A stretch of 64,000 nucleotides of DNA from Vicugna vicugna (GCA_013265495.1 MU058451.1:1134584-1198583), one strand, 5' to 3'; shown: positions 25,715 to 39,872, counted from the first letter of the stretch. The notes: generated by a model not told the origin, from the letters alone. Made by a program: numbers and translations.

Positions 25715-25965
25715 TTATTCATTCATTCATTCATTCATGCAACCAAAACAGACTTTGCATCTATAGTGTACAAAGTAGAGAGGGCTGAATGCTAGAGGAG
25801 GGTGATTATTCCTGTCATATCCTCTGCCCTCAGACAGCTCACAGTCTGGAAGGTAAGCAGATTTGTAAGCAAGTGTGGACAATATAAGAGAGAATAAAAT
25901 ATATGTTAATTAGCAGTTTAAAGCACTTATTGTGTGAGGAAAAAAAACTTCTGTCTGAGGAAGCA
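25715..25965 (-). mobile_element. L2 3' fragment with (CATT)n tail
   Basis: ATTCATTCATTCATTCATTCATGCAAC...CCTCTGCCCTCAGACAGCTCACAGTCT. Confidence 0.75.
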
Positions 25966-26142
25966 GATAAAGAGAAATAAACTGACATCTGGATGCACCC
26001 AGTTTGCAAAAGAGAGAAAACACCCTGTGATTGATTCTACATGAAATGCAATAGGAAAAAATAGTTTTATTAATTATATTTATATGTTTATATAAATACT
26101 GAGTAAAGATAATTTTAATGCAAAAATAGTTGATAAGATTAC

Positions 26143-26641
26143 TGTATTAGTTATCTACAGCTGTGTAACAAAATGCCCCAAAACTTAGCATCTTAAAATA
26201 ACACACATTTATTATCTTGCACAATTTCTGAGAATCAGAAATCTGGGATAGGATGCACCTCAGTTATTTGCATCATCTGAAGGCTGGACTGTGGCTGCAG
26301 GACTCACTTCTGAGAAGGCTCCCTCACATGGAGAAAGGAAGAAGAAGGCTTCAGAGTCTACCTCTCCACACGGCTGTCTGAGTGCCCTCACAACATGGCA
26401 GCTGGCTTCCCCAGAGTGAGAGACCAAGGGAGAGCAAGAAGGAAGCCACAGTGGCTTTCAAGACCTAGTATCCACACTGACACCTCACTTCTCCCTTGTT
26501 TCCACTTATTGGAAATGAGTCACTAAGTCTAGACCATACCCAAGGGGAGGAATTCATCTCAAGGGGTTCCTCGTCAAGAAGCTCCATGTATGAAAGGGAG
26601 AAGTATCCAAGAATTTATAACCATATTTTCAACTCGCTACA
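26143..26641 (-). mobile_element. MLT1 (ERVL-MaLR) solo LTR
   Basis: TGTATTAGTTATCTACAGCTGTGTAACAAAATGCCCCAAAACTTAGC...CCTCACAACATGGCAGCTGGCTTCCCCAGAG...CCATATTTTCAACTCGCTACA. Confidence 0.9.
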
Positions 26642-27084
26642 AACACAGGGAGTGGATATAAAATGTAGAAGTGCTTCTTTAAGATATTCCAAGCACCTTT
26701 TAAAATTAATCATAGGAACGTTTGTATATAATATTACATATAAGTAAAATAACACATGTACAGAAATGAAGACATCAAAGAACCCTTATCACAATATCAG
26801 TGCCAATATAAAAGTATTCTATGGGCTCTACAATAATCATATTAATTGACTGAAGGATAAAGAAGGTCACAAAAAAAAAGGAGACCTTAGAAATGTGAAG
26901 CTGCATCATATTAGGGTCAAAGGCAATCCTGGAACTGTGGAATAGGATCCTCAAACTGAGCACTTCAGAAAGATGCTCTGTTTCCCAATGAGTCCTCCTG
27001 CCCAACCCCTGGCAACCAGCACACATTTATTTTGCAATGCATAAACTTTACAAACTTCAATTATCCAGTATAAAATGAACATTA

Positions 27085-27200
27085 ATAGAATCATACTTGG
27101 TTAGAACCAGAAGAGATCATCTCCTCAATTCTCCATCTTATAAATGAAGAAAATGAGACTCAGAGAGAAGAAATAAGTCAAATCCAGGATGACAGAGCTA
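27085..27200 (-). mobile_element. MIR/MIR3 fragment
   Basis: CCATCTTATAAATGAAGAAAATGAGACTCAGAGAG. Confidence 0.7.
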
Positions 27201-28254
27201 CCCTGATGGAAACAAAATGGGAAACCTTGAAGAGGGTGGGAGTGCAATGGTAGGCTCACCTGTGAGTGCTAACAAGAGAACACAGGCAGGGATCCTCCAT
27301 CTACTGAAGCACATTAATATCACCCCGGGGCTCTGTTCTGTATTGCCAATACTTTCACGACACAACTGCAGAGCCGAGTGCATGCCATAGAGATCTTCTA
27401 ACTGACAAAGTCCAAAGGATCTACTCTCTGGTCCTTTATTGTGTTTTTGCTATACTGAAATGGATTTCTTATTTGAGCTCACACTTTCGGTGACTTTTCA
27501 TCTATAAAAGAGTTGTAAACCAGAAAGTGTTGGGGTTTTTTTTCTTTTAAGTAAGCTGCACTTACCTCCAAAGAAAAAAAAGGTCCCAAAGTCTGTGCCT
27601 TTTCCTCAGAGAGATGCAAATGGCATGATTGGTAACTGCTCATATACATCCACTTCTGAGCACCATGGTCACTGTGCTGTCAGCGCCCCACACATAGGTG
27701 CCAGGTCAGAGGCAGTGAGTCTCAGTGGTTAGAGCCCCTCTTTGCTTTCTTTACAGCATCAGCCACAAGCAATTTTCATCCCTGTCACACTGTAATTGTT
27801 TGGTGCATATGGACCAATTGAGCTGTCCCAGGACACAAGATCCCGGTCAGCTCAGATAAACAAACGTTTACAGAGTGCATGCAAAGGGCTTGACATTGTG
27901 TTTGGCCCTAGAAATATAAACAAGTCACTGTCCTGGCTCTGGATTAATTTTCCTGTCTAGGTTTTATTCTTCACCTAAAATACCCAACCAGTAATACAAC
28001 CTGGTACCCACTTTGAACTTTGACAGCCAGTCTCTTCCAAACTCTCAGACCATATTCCAACCTGAGCTCTTTTAAGGGGCAAACCAGCCTTGCCCATGCA
28101 AAGGGAAATATTGCTTTATTCCTTCCAGCATGGTCTGACATCCCACACCATCTCCCCTTAACCCTGTAAATGTGTGTCTAATAGAATTCAATTAAGAGGT
28201 AGTATCTCATCGCCCCAGTTAGATCCATCTTAATTAAATAACCACCAGTGTTTT

Positions 28255-28980
28255 TTAAGCACTTACTATATGTGTGCCTGGCATGTTTGAGATAATATTA
28301 GTAACAATGGCAAACACAGAGATAGCATTTCCTGTATGTGAGGCACCAGTCTGAGCACTCTCCCATATATAATTTCATTCCATCTTCACACCAGCCGTGT
28401 GATGTAACTTATTACCATCATCCCTGTCTACAGACGAGGAAAGGCGCCCCAGGGGGGCTCACACACATGCCCAGCGTCACGCGGCCACTGAGTATTGCAG
28501 CTCAAATCTGAACACAGGGGGTCAGGGTCTAGAAACTGTGTTCTCATTCACAAGCTGACTTTCATATGTTCTTTCCAATCAGAAGGTATTATTCCAATCA
28601 AGAAGGTATTATTATCTCTTCTTTACAATTGAGGAAGAACTGAGGATGAGAGAGGTTTAAAAACTTGCCCAAGTGCAGGGCACAGACCAGAGCAGATATG
28701 TCTGATTCCAAGTGCCCTGCGTTTTCCAAAACTATGTCCCACAAGGCTTGGCACTAATGGCCATATATATCGCTCTACAGTTTACAAAGTGCTTTGGCAT
28801 ATGATATCCTATTTCTACATCACAGAGACCCAGCAATGTAGGTCTTACTATCTCTATAAAAACAAAGTTGAGGCTTAGAAGTTGAAATAACTTCCCCAAG
28901 GTCCCATGGTTAGGAAGATGTGACTCAAAATCAGGTATTCTCATTCCAAGTCAAGGCTTTCTTCACGATGCCCAATTGCC
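28255..28980 (-). mobile_element. Cluster of three MIR copies (~28255-28560, 28600-28730, 28770-28980)
   Basis: Three reverse cores: TACAGACGAGGAAAGG, GAACTGAGGATGAGAGAGGTTTAAAAACTTGCCCAAG, TTGAGGCTTAGAAGTTGAAATAACTTCCCCAAGGTC. Confidence 0.8.
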
Positions 28981-29768
28981 TGTCTTTTCACATGAGCATC
29001 TATCCCATCATAGCCAGTTTAGCCCCAGCTCTTTACTGCCTGGAGCTGAAAATGCAAAGCATTGCTACTGTCAGATCAAGGGAGAGAAGAGAAACTAACT
29101 TATTAGGGATGCAGCTTGTAACTGACAGTTGTAAAAAGACCTTAAGTCATCAGGAAAGAATTGTGTATATTTTCACCTGTAGGTTTTTCCATCAAGATGA
29201 TTAGCATGTAGGTGATGGTACGTCAAAGGCTAACCCTCCCCATCTGTAAGATCATGAGATAGGACTAGAATGGTGGTTTCAAACTGGTGCCTCCATCGGT
29301 ACACCTGGGGGTTTCTTGAAGGTTCATGGGAGGCACCTATTGGGTGGTCCACCCAGTCCCTACTCTGGGCACCGCCATGTTTCTGCTGCAGCTCCTGGCT
29401 CCATCAGCCACAGAATTGTGACTCACACCAGACCAAGAGCAGTCTTTCTTTCTGCACGGTAGATGGATCAGTAACATGTAACCCGTGGTCGGCAGGCAGC
29501 CAGCGCTGTACAAGGGGAGTACAAAAGCCAGTCTATAAAGAAAAGGAGGACAGAAGAAAATGTGCAGAGAAAAATAGAAAGAAATCTCCCTGAATTCCCC
29601 GGATACCTTTTTTCTTAAGACTTTCCTTTTGTTTGCTTAAGCCAGCTCATGGTGAGTTGCATTATTTGCCACCAAGTAAACTGGAGTTATTCCAAGTGCT
29701 GAGACAGAGGGAGGTGGGATGGGTAAGCAAATAGATAAGGTTTGAAGCCACATATTCTCATCAGGCTT

Positions 29769-30212
29769 TGTTACAGGTTGGATGGTATCGGCCCGAAAAA
29801 GATACATTGAAGTCCTAATCCCCGGTATCTGTGAATGTGACCTTATTTGAAACAAGGATCTTTGTAGATGTTATCAAGTTAAGATGAGGTCATTAGGTTG
29901 GTCCTTAATCCAATATAACTAATGTCCTTATAAGAAGAGGAGAAAAGACAGATGTAAGAGGAGAATGCCAAGTGACAACATGGCAGAGATCAAAGTGCCG
30001 TAGCTGCACGCCAAGAAGTGCCAAGGATTGTTCTAGATGTCCAAAAGCTGAGAAGAAGCAAGGAAAACTTCTGCCACAACTTTCAGAGGAAGCCTTGTCA
30101 ACAACTTGTCTTTGGACTTCTAGCGTCCAGAACTGTGAGACAATAAGTTTCTGTTGTTTTAAGCCACCCAGTTTATTGTGCTTCGTTACAGCAGCCTGAT
30201 GGAACTAACACA
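29769..30212 (+). mobile_element. MLT1C/D-like (ERVL-MaLR) solo LTR with 5-bp TSD
   Basis: TG...CA ends; GAAGTCCTAATCCCCGGTATCTGTGAATGTGACCTTATTTG, CCAGAACTGTGAGACAATAAGTTTCTGTTGTTTTAAGCCACCCAG; flanks GGCTT / GGCTC. Confidence 0.92.
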
Positions 30213-30971
30213 GGCTCCTGCTTTAAAAAAGGAAACTGAAAACTACTGAATTCTATATTTTTTCATTTACCTAAAAAATTCGCTTATATAAAGTATCTCA
30301 TTCTTGGTAAAGCTGAATGAATGGAATCCTGATTTAATTTATAATTTCCCAGTTAATTTGACTTATGTGGATGTACTGTACCTGTATAACTACTTTCAGT
30401 AAAATATTCTGCTAAATAGTGTCCTTCTCTCCGTTAATAAATACGTAGTTAATTTTTACATTTTGGTCAAAGTCACTTTTCATTTTTAGAATGTCCAAGT
30501 ATAGCAATAAGATATATACATATTTTAGTTCATGGTTTTCTTGCAATAACAGCTGTTAGCATTTCAATTTTACCATATAGTTATGAGAATACAACAGAGC
30601 CCTAAAATACAATTATTCGAAAAAGCTCTAAAATATTACCATCTGAAGTTTTGTTAATAAAAGGAAGTTAACCGTCTACCATTTATAATAAAATGCTCCT
30701 TTTAGAGTTTTGGGAGACCTGATTCCCTCCACAGCTGATAACATAACCAAACACATGTACTGTCAGAATTTATAACACCTGGCACTGGTATACTGGTTGC
30801 ATTTAAAAATTTTTATTGTGGACTTGAAGGTGGCCAGATAATTTTTTATCCATGACCGACATTTTTCTGATGATATTTACAATAAAAGTGCATTAGAATT
30901 ATACTGCACTTTTCAGTTATCAAAGAATTTTTAAATGCACGACCCCACTTGACCTACAAAATTATAACTTT

Positions 30972-31098
30972 ATTTTATTTTAAATTTTTTTGCAGGGAGG
31001 ATTTACTTATTTATTTTTAGAGGAGGTGCTGGGGATTGAACCCAGGACCTTGTGTCTGCTAAGCATGTGCTCTACCTCTTGAGCTATAGTCTAGCCCC
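30972..31098 (-). mobile_element. Camelid tRNA-derived SINE (Vic-1-like)
   Basis: GAGGTGCTGGGGATTGAACCCAGGACCTTGTGTCTGCTAAGCATGTGCTCTACC...GAGCTATA; TSD TACAAAATTATAA(C/T)TTT at 30955 and 31099. Confidence 0.9.
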
Positions 31099-31152
31099 TA
31101 CAAAATTATAATTTTAAATAATAGAAGATAAATACTGTCTCTGTTTTACAGA

Positions 31153-31199
31153 GATTTACAATGTTACATTAGTTTCTGGTGTACAGCATAGTGATTCAG

Positions 31200-31232
<33 letters not shown>

Positions 31233-31335
31233 TATTCAAGTTCATTACAGGTTACTGCAAGCCATTGATATAGCTCCCTGTGCTACACAGTGGGACCTTG
31301 TTGTTCATCTACTCGGTACATACTAGTTTGTCTTC
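31153..31335 (-). mobile_element. L1 3'UTR fragment (same type as 1213 and 3777) with internal (GACA)n
   Basis: ATTTACAATGTT...AGTTTCTGGTGTACAGCATAGTGATTCAG...ATATAGCTCCCTGTGCTACACAG. Confidence 0.85.
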
Positions 31336-34300
31336 TGACTCTGAATCTAAAATGTAGTTTTCAGATGCCAGGACTCTATCTAATCAGACACAAGGTTTAG
31401 GTTTACAGCACGCAGGGTTTTTAACTATAGGGATCACAGCTTCTTTAGGAAAATACAGTGATTTTTTTTTAAATTTGCTTTTTTTTAAGCACTAGTAGGT
31501 GCTTTTCTTATCTTGACATAGTTTCCCTTTAGAAATCCTCGTAAACTAAAGAACTTGAAAGATGCAGCCATAGCTTGGCCTTTTGATGTTTGAGTTTCAG
31601 AGGCCTTTACCCTGAGAGGACCCCCAAGAGACAGTGGAGCTGGGCTCGTCCAAATGGGGCTCCTCCAGAGGGGATAGTGGAGGGGCCAGAATTAACACTA
31701 AAGTGATGTAAAGCCCCACCAACGTCCTCCTCTCCTTTTTGTCCTCAGAGGCAATTGGAAGAGTCAACAAGACCTGCAAAACCACATGAGCTACTTCTTC
31801 CAAGATTTGGAAAACACACAGAAAATTCCAGAATAAGAAAGGCGGAATTTCTCATTTCAATGTTTGGCCCAGTGCCACACGTCCTTAGGCTCAAAATGAG
31901 AAGCTACCTCACCTCTGCCAGTGGTCTCTTGCCAGTGTCTCTTGTCACATGAAAGGCACATTTCCAAAACTCCACTGCGGTCCAGGGGCTACATCCGGGG
32001 ACTACTGGGGGTACAATACACTCTTGTGTTTACTCTGAAGATGTTGACTTTCTCTAAGAAAAACTTTGTGAGCAAAGGACAGCGTCATTCACGTTTGGAA
32101 GTGCAAGCACTTCGGGTACCAGGTCTCCCTCTACTCCTTTATTTTCCTGTTACTTTATTGCTTTCAGCTAAGTTCTAGGTCCTCTTCCCATCTTAAGCCC
32201 ATGTCCCCACCTTCCTCAGGAAACGGGAAACCTGAGAGCCAAAGCAGGTGAGCCTGGAGGAGCCCACCCCGCACAGGGGCCTCTGAAACAACTGCGTGCC
32301 CTTCGCGGTTGAGTGGGCAGGGGCCAAACTGCCCGGAAACGGCTTCTCTGATGCTACATGCTGTCTGCCCTTGAGAAACAGCCCTCCCTAGTCTTCCACT
32401 TCTGAGACAGCCGGGTATCTTTGAAGGATAAAACTGCTTCACTCTTCACGGAACAAAACCCCTCAAAATGGTACATGATGAGCTATCCCATTAAACACCT
32501 CTTTGTGTTAGGATAGGCAGAAAAAAAAATTCAATTATTATATTCTTTACCTGTTTTTTTTTTAATATGTCTCACACCTTAATTTCTTGTCTTAAATGAG
32601 AATTGGCAGAATATAAAATCTCGGAAGAAATTCTGTAGCATTTATTTGCAGATACTGTTCAATTTGTTAGTGATTCTCTGACACTTTAACCTGCATCAAT
32701 CTAAGGGACAAAGTTACTTTTAGGTAAGTAAGTAAGTGGTTATCCGTGAGTTTATTTTTCATTTATTTTATATGCACTACAAAACCATCTTTCATATCAT
32801 AAGAAAATCAAAGATCACAGGCCCAGGACAGGAGTTTAAAAGAACACAAATTAAATGTGTTAAGGGTGCTTTTCCTGTTTAGGGTGAAAGCTACACCGTA
32901 CAGAATGTTCTCGAAGTGCTTTCTGTGAATTACCTCACAAGATGATTTGGGAGATCCATAAAATACACTTGGTAATTGCATACAGTGTGACTGCCAAAGT
33001 ACCCTGATAGCATTTGACCCTGTGTTATTAAAATTCTAATCCATTAGCAGTTACTGCTTATTGCATAACAACCAGTAGGTCTTGTAAAACACACATTTAC
33101 AGGAACCACAACAGCATTACTAAAGATCACACTTCGGGTTTGTAATAATTCCATGGCGAACAAAGCTGAGCTACAAAACCACACGTCTAAAAGTGCCATA
33201 ACTGATCAGAGAATTTACAAGGCAAAGCTATATAAAGCCACCCCAAATATTGCTATGGAAATTTTCCAAGAAAACAACTCTAACTTACTGAAATAGGCTT
33301 TTTTTTTTAACATTAAAATCCACTGACTTTTTCAAGTTCTAAATAACTCAAAGGTTATTTATAAGATTACCTCTAATTGGGAATATTCATTTATGAGCCA
33401 AAGGACACAAACCTGAGGAAAATGTCTGAGCCCTTTCTCTTCTGCTCAGAAGATAAACAAACAAAATAAAACCCAAGAGACCTAAGGTTCTCCTTAATTT
33501 AAAGCCCACTCAAGAGTTTGTCAAACTGTGAAAACTACCACACTAAACCACACATTTTAAAGACACGCACACCCACACAAGTGTTCCCATAAATAACAAA
33601 CACATACAAAACAATCCAAACTTAGGCATTCATTTCAAGTGTCATGAGACAAATCTATGTTTTCCCTAAGGCAAAGGAAAATCTAAGTCTGAAAATTACG
33701 TTATGCATGTTGGCATAATTAAGTAATATTAAAGGTTAGCTTTTTCCTCTAGACCTCTACTTTTGATAACTGATGCCTTTAAGAAAGATATAAATTAGGT
33801 TAGGCTGATGAAATTGTGTCCTACTTAATTCATAACTTTGAAAATCATTAAAAGTTGGTACAGAGCTTTTGAGGAATTTCCAGACACTCAAGTTACAACA
33901 AAAATAGTAATTACGATTTTAAAAGTAATAACTCTTGCCTTAGGACTGACATTCTGTTTACTTACAGACTGTCCGTTTATCCCCCGAGGGTCTTCCATTG
34001 AAGATTTCTTCTTCCGAATTATATATGGGCTATTAGCTACACACTTCTTCAAAGGGTTCCAACTCCTCTGCACCTGTGAAGAATAGAGCATCGAGCAGCT
34101 ATATTAATTGTGTGCCGTGAAATTACGAGCTTATTTTTTTATATCTGCAGCTTTCCATTCACTAGCGTGTATACACAAGTCAAGAATACTTACCTTCACT
34201 GAATGAATCTTTAAAATAAATATTATGGGCTCACTGTTTATCACAATTTACACGAGCCAAATGTGGCCAAATTATAGCTCAGTGTGTCTGCTGTTAGCAG

Positions 34301-34819
34301 CTGCAGCCCAAGGAGGGGGAAAAAAAAAAGAATGAAGAGGGCAGCTAGAGAGCTTTCCACACACATCATTTCTGAGCCAACAGTATAAGCGTTTTTTTTT
34401 TCTTTTCTTTTTTTCTTTTTGAATTCAGTTTCTCCATGCTATCTATCAACGTCAGCTGTACCACAATGCAAAGAGGAAATACTCACGAAGAAATATGATT
34501 GTAGTCAGAGCAAGGATAAAAGGGAAGAAGCTAGAGCTGAGTGTTTTGCCCTCAGGGCAAGGATATTATTATGCTATTTCTTAGCAAGTTTACATTAGGT
34601 CACAGTTTCACGGTTGATCAATTTTGAACCTTCAGAGACTCAACACTTTCAAGAAGAATGGGAGTTTGCTTCAAGATATGGACAATCAATATAGTGTTTG
34701 GAAATATAGTCTATGTTCAGCTATCTTCATAAAAGAATAATAATATTATTATTCACCTAGCTGCCCGTCAGTATTACTTTTTGTACTTGAACTTCTGCAG
34801 GTTAACCTGGTAGGAAAAC

Positions 34820-34965
34820 CACTGCAGAGGAAGTCAAGAGGTCTGAATTCAGGTTCTGACTCCACCACTACCTTATTGAATGAACTCTGGCAAATAATTT
34901 AGGCTCCCTGAGACTCAGTTTTATTATCTGTGAAATGGGAGGTTTCAGCTGGATGACATCTTATA
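34820..34965 (+). mobile_element. MIR3/MIR fragment
   Basis: GAAGTCAAGAGGTCTGAATTC...CCCTGAGACTCAGTTTTATTATCTGTGAAATGGG. Confidence 0.8.
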
Positions 34966-36199
34966 TTTAGGTTTATAATTTAATGAACGCATGCATTTAC
35001 ACACATAATTTTCAGGTGCAACATTCCAAGCTTGAATCCTTTGCGACGTAATTCTGAAATGCCGGAGTAATTCCTATTCATGATTGTTTTGCTCACAGTT
35101 ATCAATGCTGGAAAACATACGCCTCATCCGCTGTCAACACAGATGTGATGCTTCTTGGATAACATAAGACTCATAAATTGCTCCTAAAATCTGGAGAATC
35201 CTTATTAAAGCGAAATATTTTTGTAGTTTCAACAAGAAACAATTTCATAATTTCCAGTGAGCAGTAAATAAAAATCATATGGATGTATTTATGATCTGCT
35301 AGCCCAAGAAAACACAACAGACCACTCTATTTTGAACTGCACAAAATTTCAGAACTGAATCTTAAAATCCACCAGCATTGCTTTTAGAGGATTTCTTACA
35401 TAATGAGGGAAGAGATATTACAGAAACTAGATTTGTTTCAATGCTTACATTACTCTCTGGAGGCGTGTTAACTTTTCCAGGCGATAAAGTAGCATTTTAA
35501 AATAATGATAATAACCCTGCCTCACATTGCTAAAACTTTTACACTTTACAAAGTGCTTTCACATAAATTGCCCACAGTGCACCTATATGTGGCGAGACAA
35601 AGTCCAGCCTCATTCCTCACAGAATGGGGCAGGCCCAGGACAAAGCCCCCTCTGATTTCCCCTAAATTCCTGTCCTCTCCATACCTGTCCTGAGAGCATG
35701 TTCCAATCAAAGTCTGTATACTTGATATTCCAGGATTATTTCCCATGTGTTTCTTTTCCGTGTTTCCCTATTGGACTTACTGAACAGTTTAAGGCATTAA
35801 GAACGGTCAAGTTACACGAGCACGGAAGGTATTTCACTCGTCATTTTATGTCTTCTGAAGATGAAACTCTTCTGCACTGAATACTATGCGTGTTATTGTT
35901 TCCGGGGCTAAAAAGAAAAGACTGAGACCGCTGAGAAAGCCAAAAGAATCAGCCCGCATCTAGTTCAGGTAGATGTTTCCACTACCATCCCCAAATCAGA
36001 AAAGCACAGAGACCCACGGACTTTATTTACAAATCCCCCCCTGCTTGCCAAATCAGCATAGTTGTTTCCAGATTTCTCCATGTCAACCCAAACCATGAAA
36101 TATACGCCATGACTGGATCTACTGATACTTGGGAGCCTGGCTCTGGGAAGCCCTTAATTCCCTTGTTGGACTTGATCTTTCATGGTTTATACATAAGCC

Positions 36200-36361
36200 T
36201 GTGCCTCCATTATAGCACTTATCCAATGGGACTGTAATTACTTCTCTCCCTGTCTCCCTGACTGGATTGTAGCTCCATAAGAGCTAGGACCATGCCTCAC
36301 TCTCTAGTTCTGGCCACATATGGTGCTCATTAAGTATTTTGAATGAATGAATGAATGAATA
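36200..36361 (+). mobile_element. L2 3' end with (ATGA)n tail
   Basis: CTGGATTGTAGCTCCATAAGAGCTAGGACCATG...GGTGCTCATTAAGTATTTTGAATGAATGAATGAATGAAT. Confidence 0.85.
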
Positions 36362-39300
36362 TTATTGATACACGACAATTTTTGAAGACATGTAAACTCT
36401 GAGCTAAAATTAGATAGGCAGGTAAGTGGTGGTGCTACCATTCAACCAACTTTTTAAAAAATGATTTATCAAATTTTAGGTCTTGAATATTTGTTCCAAT
36501 ACCCTAAGAAACAGGCTCAAGCAAACACAGGTTCATCGATTCATGCCTATCTAGCTACCTGCCTACATACATATTGCGGACATAATTCATAAAACTATAT
36601 AGATCTAGAGGGTACTTAGAGGTGAACTGCAAAGGGACTTCATTTAAACCAAGGAGTGGTTCCTAGAGAAGGAACAGAAGAAGGTCCAAGGAGGCTGGTC
36701 TCGGTATAGGCTGGGAGGGGAGGTGCACACCAATGGAAGGATCAGGGAGATGAAGTTTGTTTGGGGAGATTTATAGAGCAGTACAGGCAGATGTCTTGGT
36801 ACCAAAAGTAGCCCTATATGACAGGGTGCCAGAAGTCTGGTGGCAGTTACCCATCCATACACCCATCCCCAACACCCAGCACGTCAAAGCAGGGAACTGG
36901 ATTAATTACCCACCTGTGCATTTACCTCCAAAGACCAAACCCTTTATTTACCCACTCCTGGGTCAACTATTTGGTACCTCTCCCGAAGTGGAGGGAGGGG
37001 TGTTGGCACAGTACATAGTGGAAGGCCATCTTTCCACTAGTTGTACCCAATGGAAGGCTACCTGTCTATCATTAGTACACCATGGAAGGCCATCTTGCTA
37101 GCTCACTTTCTATCTCAAGTGAAAGATCTCTCATAAAGAGAAAAGGGAATGAAAGATGTCCTGGGGCTCTACTGGCCAAATTCAACACCCAGTCGACTCC
37201 GTGATCTAGTCTGAGCATAGAGGAAAAGCCTGGATGCCTCTTCCTAAAATGTATGTCACTACTACTTAAGTAGGAAGAAAAGATCAACTGAGCAAAACAG
37301 TGAGAAAAAGCTGCACAGCGGGGTGCACATTTAAAAGCTGGGCATACATTTAAATATGGCCTGATTCTTCATATTTGCTAGGCAGACCACCTGAAAAAGA
37401 TGCTCTTCCTGGACAGACAGCAGTATGCAGCCCCTTCCAAGGTAGGGGCACCCACAGCTCACGGTGGTAGAGCTCTTGACTTGCATTCACAGCCCCGGGC
37501 CAGATGCTACCCTTGGCATCGGTGCTAGGCAGAAGCGGGCAGGTGGCCAGAGGGACAGTGGGTGGTAACCCGGGCAAGGGAAAAACAGAGTCCTGGCCCT
37601 GTTTGAATTGACCTTTGCAACACCTCAGGGAACTATGCCCTCTTCTGTCCCAATCACCTGGGCTGTTGATGAAACACCACAGAAAAACCAATTTTGTTAC
37701 ATAGACTCTCCTGACACAAGATTAATGGAAGCCTTAGGATCTTTCTTCATATTTGCCACTCTTGAGGGAATGAGGTTGGAAGGGGCCAAAACTAGTATAG
37801 ACATGCTAGCAAATAAACAATGGCAAATAAATGTTAGATTTATACATGATGAAACAGACTGTAAAGGAAAACATCAAATTAAGGCTGCACTCTGACAAAT
37901 CCTGCAATCACACAAAATCCCCTCTGGGGGCCCAGAAGCATTATGAAATTGAGCCCCTGGTGAGGACATTATAATTATACCTCCAGAGCTCAGTGATACA
38001 CATTTGGAAGTGATATTTTATCCCCTACTACAACTAGCAATCTTATTAATTGTTAAAATATAGAATAGTTCTAAATTTGGAAATTTTAACACTTGTGAGA
38101 CAGAATATCTATTTTGTGTACTCCTGCTATAATTTAAGCTTTCCCTGGGATAACAGTTTTTTCCCCAATTCTACAAATAACCCTTGCTACCAAAAAAAAA
38201 AAAAAACTCAAGAGCTTTGAACCTCAAGTTTTCTAGGTTCAGTAAAATCCATACTCACCACCCCAGACAGACACTTTCTAGTCTTTTCCACCCATTGGCT
38301 AAAGCCAGGCAGTTGCTAAAACAAGCAAGATCACCTCATCTCACCTGTAAACATGACCTTACTTCGGTTCTAGCTCATCACAAACATCCCGACTATTGTC
38401 AAGTTGGAGTAAGAGTACAAAGTACAGAGAAAGGGTGGGGGTAGGCAGGTGCATGGGGCAGACTTTCTAGATGGAAGAAAAATAAGGTGGGGGTGGATAT
38501 GGAAATTAATGTGATTGGGAAGAAAATAATCTTTGTAAAAAATTTATATGTCACATATATTTTAATTTTCCTGTTGGTTTTGAAAAATGGGTTATAGTTT
38601 AGACGACACATAAATCATCTCTAATGAACCAGAGATCCATCAGACACTGTTAATAACTTGTGGCTTCTTGGATGAAAGAGTATTTTCATTACAACACACC
38701 ATCACTTTAATCTTTGCCTTCTCACCAAGTGCTGAGTTTTCTAACATTCCTGAGAAGCAGAAGGAAACTAATGGTGGAACACTGCTTTGTAGAAAAGAAA
38801 AAGGGCCACTCTGAAGTGTATCCCCAGAAGACTTCAACTGCAGATTGAATAAACATATCAAATCAAGGGGGTCTTTAAGAAAATTTACAAACAGAAGCCT
38901 GCAGTGAAATGAACCATTGGATAAATGACGTCCAGAGACTTTTTCAACTCACTATTCCCCGGCTCCAGAAGCCACAAGCTGCCTAATCTCAAGGTGGCCT
39001 CTTCTCTGCTGTCCTCACCTTCCTAAGAAATTTGGTTACATCAAGGAAAGCAGAGACTGGGCATACCCAAGTGAGTCAGAAACCAGATTCTCGCTGACCT
39101 TTCCAATTGTTGGAAGGACCACGTCCCAACCACTGAAACCGGTAATGAAAAACAAGTCCTGCCCTGCATTGGTGAAAGTCTTCTACAGCCAGAGATGTAG
39201 TTTCTATAGAAATAAATGTCGACACCAATTTGCTTTTATAGCTTTTCCACTGATTTACTGGTACTGCTGTTTTAAAGTTTTAAGTATGAAGCCCGTTTAT

Positions 39301-39559
39301 TCTTTATAGGCCTTCTCAATAAATATGACCAGATTTCTGCTTCCACCATCAGCAACTTCCTTCTGTCTTTTGGGGAAGATTTTAAGGCAAGGGGACAATC
39401 ACATGAGCTGACACTGAACTGATTAGGAAAATGATGACATGTGTGCATTCAGTAACTGGACTTGAATTCAAGCTATGTTTTCAGGAACATTAGACCTACA
39501 CATTGTTTTAATGTAGCACTTCCTACATTAACAATGTTAAGAAAACTCTAAAGAAACAC

Positions 39560-39872
39560 ACCTAGAATCCCCTCAACACCACTGTCTTGTCACAATTTTA
39601 CATCACTGTGATCACAGCAAATCTTCAAGCTTGTGTTTTTTTGGGTTTCTTTTCATGTTGTTTCATAAGCATTTTACAGTCGGTATTTTAACAGCCATGT
39701 AGTATTCCATTGGGGAGGTATTCCTATCAAGTGCAGCATTTGGGGTGTTTTTCCTTCTTTCACCATCACATATAACACTTCAACATTTTTATTCAACAGG
39801 TTTTTTCCTTCTTTTTAATTGTTTAAGGATAAATTCTAAACAGTCTAATTAGAGGATCAAAAGGCATGACAG
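39560..39872 (-). mobile_element. Old L1ME-like fragment
   Basis: TTTTAACAGCCATGTAGTATTCCATTG...TTAAGGATAAATTCTA...GGATCAAAAGGCATG. Confidence 0.65.

Noticed and set aside
27560..27606. Minus-strand consensus donor GAG|GTAAGT
   Set aside because: No convincing upstream acceptor; isolated donors occur by chance.
28573..28611. ~19-bp tandem duplication TTCCAATC(A)AGAAGGTATTA
   Set aside because: Ordinary slippage between MIR copies; no sign of function.
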